The notes under the pieces are model-generated. The model was not told the origin of the DNA and searched no databases. It saw only the letters and a list, made by a program, of their open reading frames with translations. Of a stretch of 64,000 bases of DNA, positions 60,301-64,000 are shown one piece after another. The stretch comes from Tubiluchus corallicola. Its lineage: Eukaryota > Animalia > Priapulida. The translations under genes and the position numbers were made by a program. The DNA lies in NCBI GenBank assembly GCA_030141605.1, contig JAQGDQ010002370.1, positions 151,167 to 215,166 of the forward strand, written 5' to 3'. Each line of letters begins with the position of its first letter. Within the stretch, counting starts at the first letter, position 1.

Positions 60301-63300
60301 GTTAACGAAGAATGACTTTTTAGGTTCACTTAAGAATGAACATGTATGTTATTCCATAATAGTAAATTGACAATTAGTTAATAGTACATACTTCAATGAC
60401 TGATAAATCATCAGTGCACAATAATTTTGAAAAAACAAACAGATCATTTATTTCTGTTATACGTCATTTAGCCAATAATAACACGTATGCCTGAGGGTCG
60501 TTAGCAAAACAAATTCTTAACTAACCATCTTGAGTAGTTTCTACCACGAGCACTTCTTCGGGTGTTGATCTCATCTCCATAGAACTCTGCACTTGCAATC
60601 TGCTCTTCCTGCCAGTCAGAATCTGTGTTGTTTCATTATCATGTGTTGATGGGTTCTTATCCAGAGCCTACAAGCGTTAAACACTAAAATTTGATTACGT
60701 TCACATATTCGAATTGTCAAAAATAGTGCATTTTTAATAATAATAAGTCCAAATACTATAAAAAACATTTGGAAAATTATCCAACCTCGATGACAGCTGT
60801 CACAAGTTTTGGAGTGTGGGAACTAAGCCTAGTTGATGGCTTTAGCTTCACGTCTTCCTCCTTGATGCTGGGCTTTCTTTCCCGTTTGGCATTTTGAGCA
60901 ATAATTTTCCTACAACATACAATCACTGAAATATAATTGAAAATTTTCAACATTTAAATGAATGATTAACTTACCAATAAAAATATTTCGTAATAAGTAA
61001 TGTTAATAAGTCACATACAGCATACAGTGAAGCTTGATATTCTGTTCCGTAAGTAAGGGACTTATAGGAAATTATTTGTCACATACTTGGCTTTTCGCTT
61101 AAGGGCTTCTTGTGCATCGGGATAATCCTTTATTGTGTCTTGCAGATCAGCTTTGCTTAGCACAAATAGATTAGAAAAGCCACGAGATTTAACATCTGCA
61201 GTTCTTCGATTTCCTCCAGCCAACGACAACAGACTATAAATAATGTGTATAAGTGATTAAACTTTATTACTTTAGAAATATACTCATGACAGTTTTTTAA
61301 CAGTTTTTATGTTCAGGACATATTGTAAGCGATCCATAATAGAGGGATTGCAAAATGTCAATCAACCAGTGAAAGTCCAACTCACAATGGCAGGCGAACC
61401 ACTCCACAGCCCCAGATGTTTACTCACATTTTCGGGCATGCAGATTATACTAAACATGCCAAATATACTGCAAAAGTGTGTGTTTATACATGGTTAGATT
61501 ATTTTTACTTAGGCAAAAAGGACAGACAAATGTTCATGCCGACGGAACATGCATAAGACCTCACGGAACACAGAACCCTTTAAAAACCACGAAGTCTTTG
61601 CCAAAGTAGTTAGCTTTCTATTTTTTAAATTTGAAATCTGATGTTGTTCTACAATGCAAAAATATAGTATGCCTACTTCAGCACTATACGTGTTCAGCAG
61701 GAGGAACAAAATAAAACAGTATTTATTAAACTTTAAGTTAGTAGGCCCTTTTAACTATTACATTCACAAAGTTTAGCCTGGGCAGCTTAGGTTGTTTAAA
61801 ATCAAATGTTAGTGCTTACATAAGTGTTTTAAACTGGCAATGCATGTGTTGTTTTACTCATACAGTGTTCCCTCACTTATCGCAGGTGTTCAGTTCCAGG
61901 CCCACCCGCGATAAGTGAATTTCCGCGAAGTAGGGAGGGACGCTATACTTATTTTATACTTATACTATAATCAACCAATTGTGTGTTGTGTACAATCTCA
62001 CGTCGGCAAGTAGATTCTCAAGCAGGCGCAGGTACTACATTTCGTTTTTGGTGTATATTCATTCGCCGAATAAATACACTATTTACTGCAAATGGTAATT
62101 TTTTATGATCTATAATATTCTTTTAATGTAAGAATTAATATTTTTAATATATTTTTATACATTTTGTGATTTTTTAAGCAAAATTCATCAAATCTATACA
62201 TTACTGTACAATACGTACTATGCATACGTAAAATACTTTAGACGGAGTACCGCAAAAACCCGTGAAGCAGCGAAAGTATCGCAATAAATATTTTACATTA
62301 ATACTTTTTGAAAACCCGTGGAACAGCGAGACTGCGATAAAGGAACCGCGAAGTAGTGAAGGAACACTGTATTTTTGTATAACTGAAAAATCATTTTCAG
62401 TAGCTAAGATCCAGATTTGCTTTATCACTAAGAAAAATTTCACCCTACAGATTCAGGTTGTATAATAGAGTTTTCATTTTCATGCTGAACTTTGATCTCA
62501 AGACACTCAAAAATAATTTAAGTGCAAATGCAAGTAAGGATATCTATAATTTTACGTTTACAACAAGTTCGTTTAGCAGCAGATTTTTTCTGTTGGAGAT
62601 CAGCATTCTGGTCTTAAGGTAACAACGCCTAATCTTTCTCATAAAAGCTTGACACCATGCATATATCCTTGAGCAAAATAATTAAAACTCGTTTCTTGTA
62701 GTCAGTTAAGTATAACAGAGATACATTTTCTGGAACAAGAGACAAATCGTTACAATGTTTCCTGTTTTCCCCTATATTTATAGTTATTCTCTAAGGTGGC
62801 TAAGGCAGTGGCTGTCAGCCAGCGATTGTGAGACAAAAACCGGGGAGGCATGGCTTAGTAATGTAATTCTGCCAACTGTGATCTGTGATCAGTCAATATC
62901 TAAAAGGCTTTAATTTCTGGCTTTAATTTTGCCACACCACACTAATATATTTTAGAGGTGTAAATGGGCATATACATTTGTGTATTTATTATGGTCTGTT
63001 TTTATTTTTTTGCTCCATTTGAGAAGGTAGAGAAGGTCAAAAGAGATGGTTCAAATAAATAAATAACAATTATCGAGCAATATTGTGCTTTATCACAGTT
63101 ATGCTCAGTTAAAGTTTCAGAAATATGTGCCTAAAAGACTGAGCATCCATCACACGAGAACACAACACAGCCATTATAACAATTCAATTTTGCAACTTAA
63201 AAACACATACAACTTTTAAGATGAAGTACAAAAAGCACGAAAACACTCAATAACAACTATAAATTGTAACATGAATTTTAAAAAATATTTTATGTTCTAT

Positions 63301-63833
63301 AAACGCCTTTTTTTTACTTCAGCAATGTCTTTTTAACATTAGAAGCATAAGCATTACCTGATTTCTCCAAAGACACTTCCAGAATGCAAAGTAGCCAGAA
63401 CAATGTCATTTTTCTCTCCTCCCATAACTTGAACCTGGCCATTGTTTACAATGTACATTTCGTGCCCTACATCTCCCTAAAGACACAAGTGAAACCTTTG
63501 CATGTTTTTGCTAAATAAAATACTATTTACGGACCATGTAATAATTTCAGAATTATTTCATCAAAACAGCCAAAAAAGGAACTAGCAGGATTGTATTTTT
63601 GTCAGTGTCAAGATGTGCATGAATAAAAATGTTTGTTTCTAACAAGTCAGCTCAAGAAAGGTTTGCTTAATATTTATATAATGATATTGTTCAGTGTTAA
63701 ATTCTACAAAATAATGCTGATTTAGATTTATATAAAAAATAAACAGTACCTTTCTGCAGACCAAATCACCAGGCAGATATAACACGGGGCGCAATCGTAA
63801 CACTAGCACTCGAAGCAGCCCTTTTTCACAGTC
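57329..63833 (-). CDS. CNGB: Cyclic nucleotide-gated channel, beta-type subunit, 3' part; complement(join(57329..57936,58322..58429,59787..59888,60526..60667,60786..60909,61087..61233,63358..63476,63750..63833)); continues beyond the window
   Basis: CNBD reads [28 protein letters not shown] / [10 protein letters not shown]...GSVFGEIS / [30 protein letters not shown]...[36 protein letters not shown], the C-helix Asn and a downstream TPKL are CNGB-like. All junctions are GT-AG and phase-compatible. The tail exons are less certain. Confidence 0.88.
58590..59630. mobile_element. Decayed MITE-like element with GACTYG-type subterminal arrays in a CNGB intron
   Basis: Dense gactcg/gacttg/gactta units at ~58600-58720 and ~59435-59610, ending gagttacaacattg. 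Boundaries are approximate. Confidence 0.5.
61863..62369. mobile_element. Tigger/pogo-like MITE (507 bp) in a CNGB intron
   Basis: TA|CAGTGTTCCCTCACT ... AGTGAAGGAACACTG|TA, with internal ccgcgaagtag and gcgataa repeats. No transposase. Confidence 0.85.
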
Positions 63834-64000
63834 CTGGAAATTTAATAAGAAACTACAGAAAATGAGAATGCAGTAACAAACATTATATTGTTAAGTGAAT
63901 AAATGTAAGTTTATAAATTAATCATAAAATAGTATTATTGTAAAACAACACCCATCATTGTTTGTAAATGCTCCAAAATTTTTTTAGTGATTTCCAGATA

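Overview
AT-rich, intron-containing eukaryotic DNA, evidently from an invertebrate animal; the lineage cannot be fixed from this window. I reconstructed six protein-coding loci by hand from GT-AG boundaries. (1) The first exon of a secreted Reeler-domain protein (minus strand, continues off the left edge). (2) A complete 6-exon core-binding-factor beta gene (CBFB/Brother-like, 187 aa, minus strand), largely missed by the ORF track. (3, 4) Two tandem 5-exon beta-tubulin genes of 447 aa each (plus strand). (5) A 601-aa LRR type I membrane protein with a single coding exon. (6) The last 8 exons of a CNG channel beta-type subunit (minus strand, continues off the right edge). The rest is introns and intergenic DNA carrying an internally deleted pogo-like transposon, several MITEs, decayed LINE/SINE pieces and microsatellites. 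I found no clear-cut new multi-gene system. The best leads are: a beta-tubulin paralog whose substitutions cluster around the taxane pocket and M-loop despite signs of gene conversion with its neighbour; an Asn104Asp change at a RUNX-binding hot spot of CBF-beta; a possible fossil copy of CBFB exon 3; overlapping uORFs on the LRR gene; and an inverted MITE pair. All counts are manual and no database searches were run.
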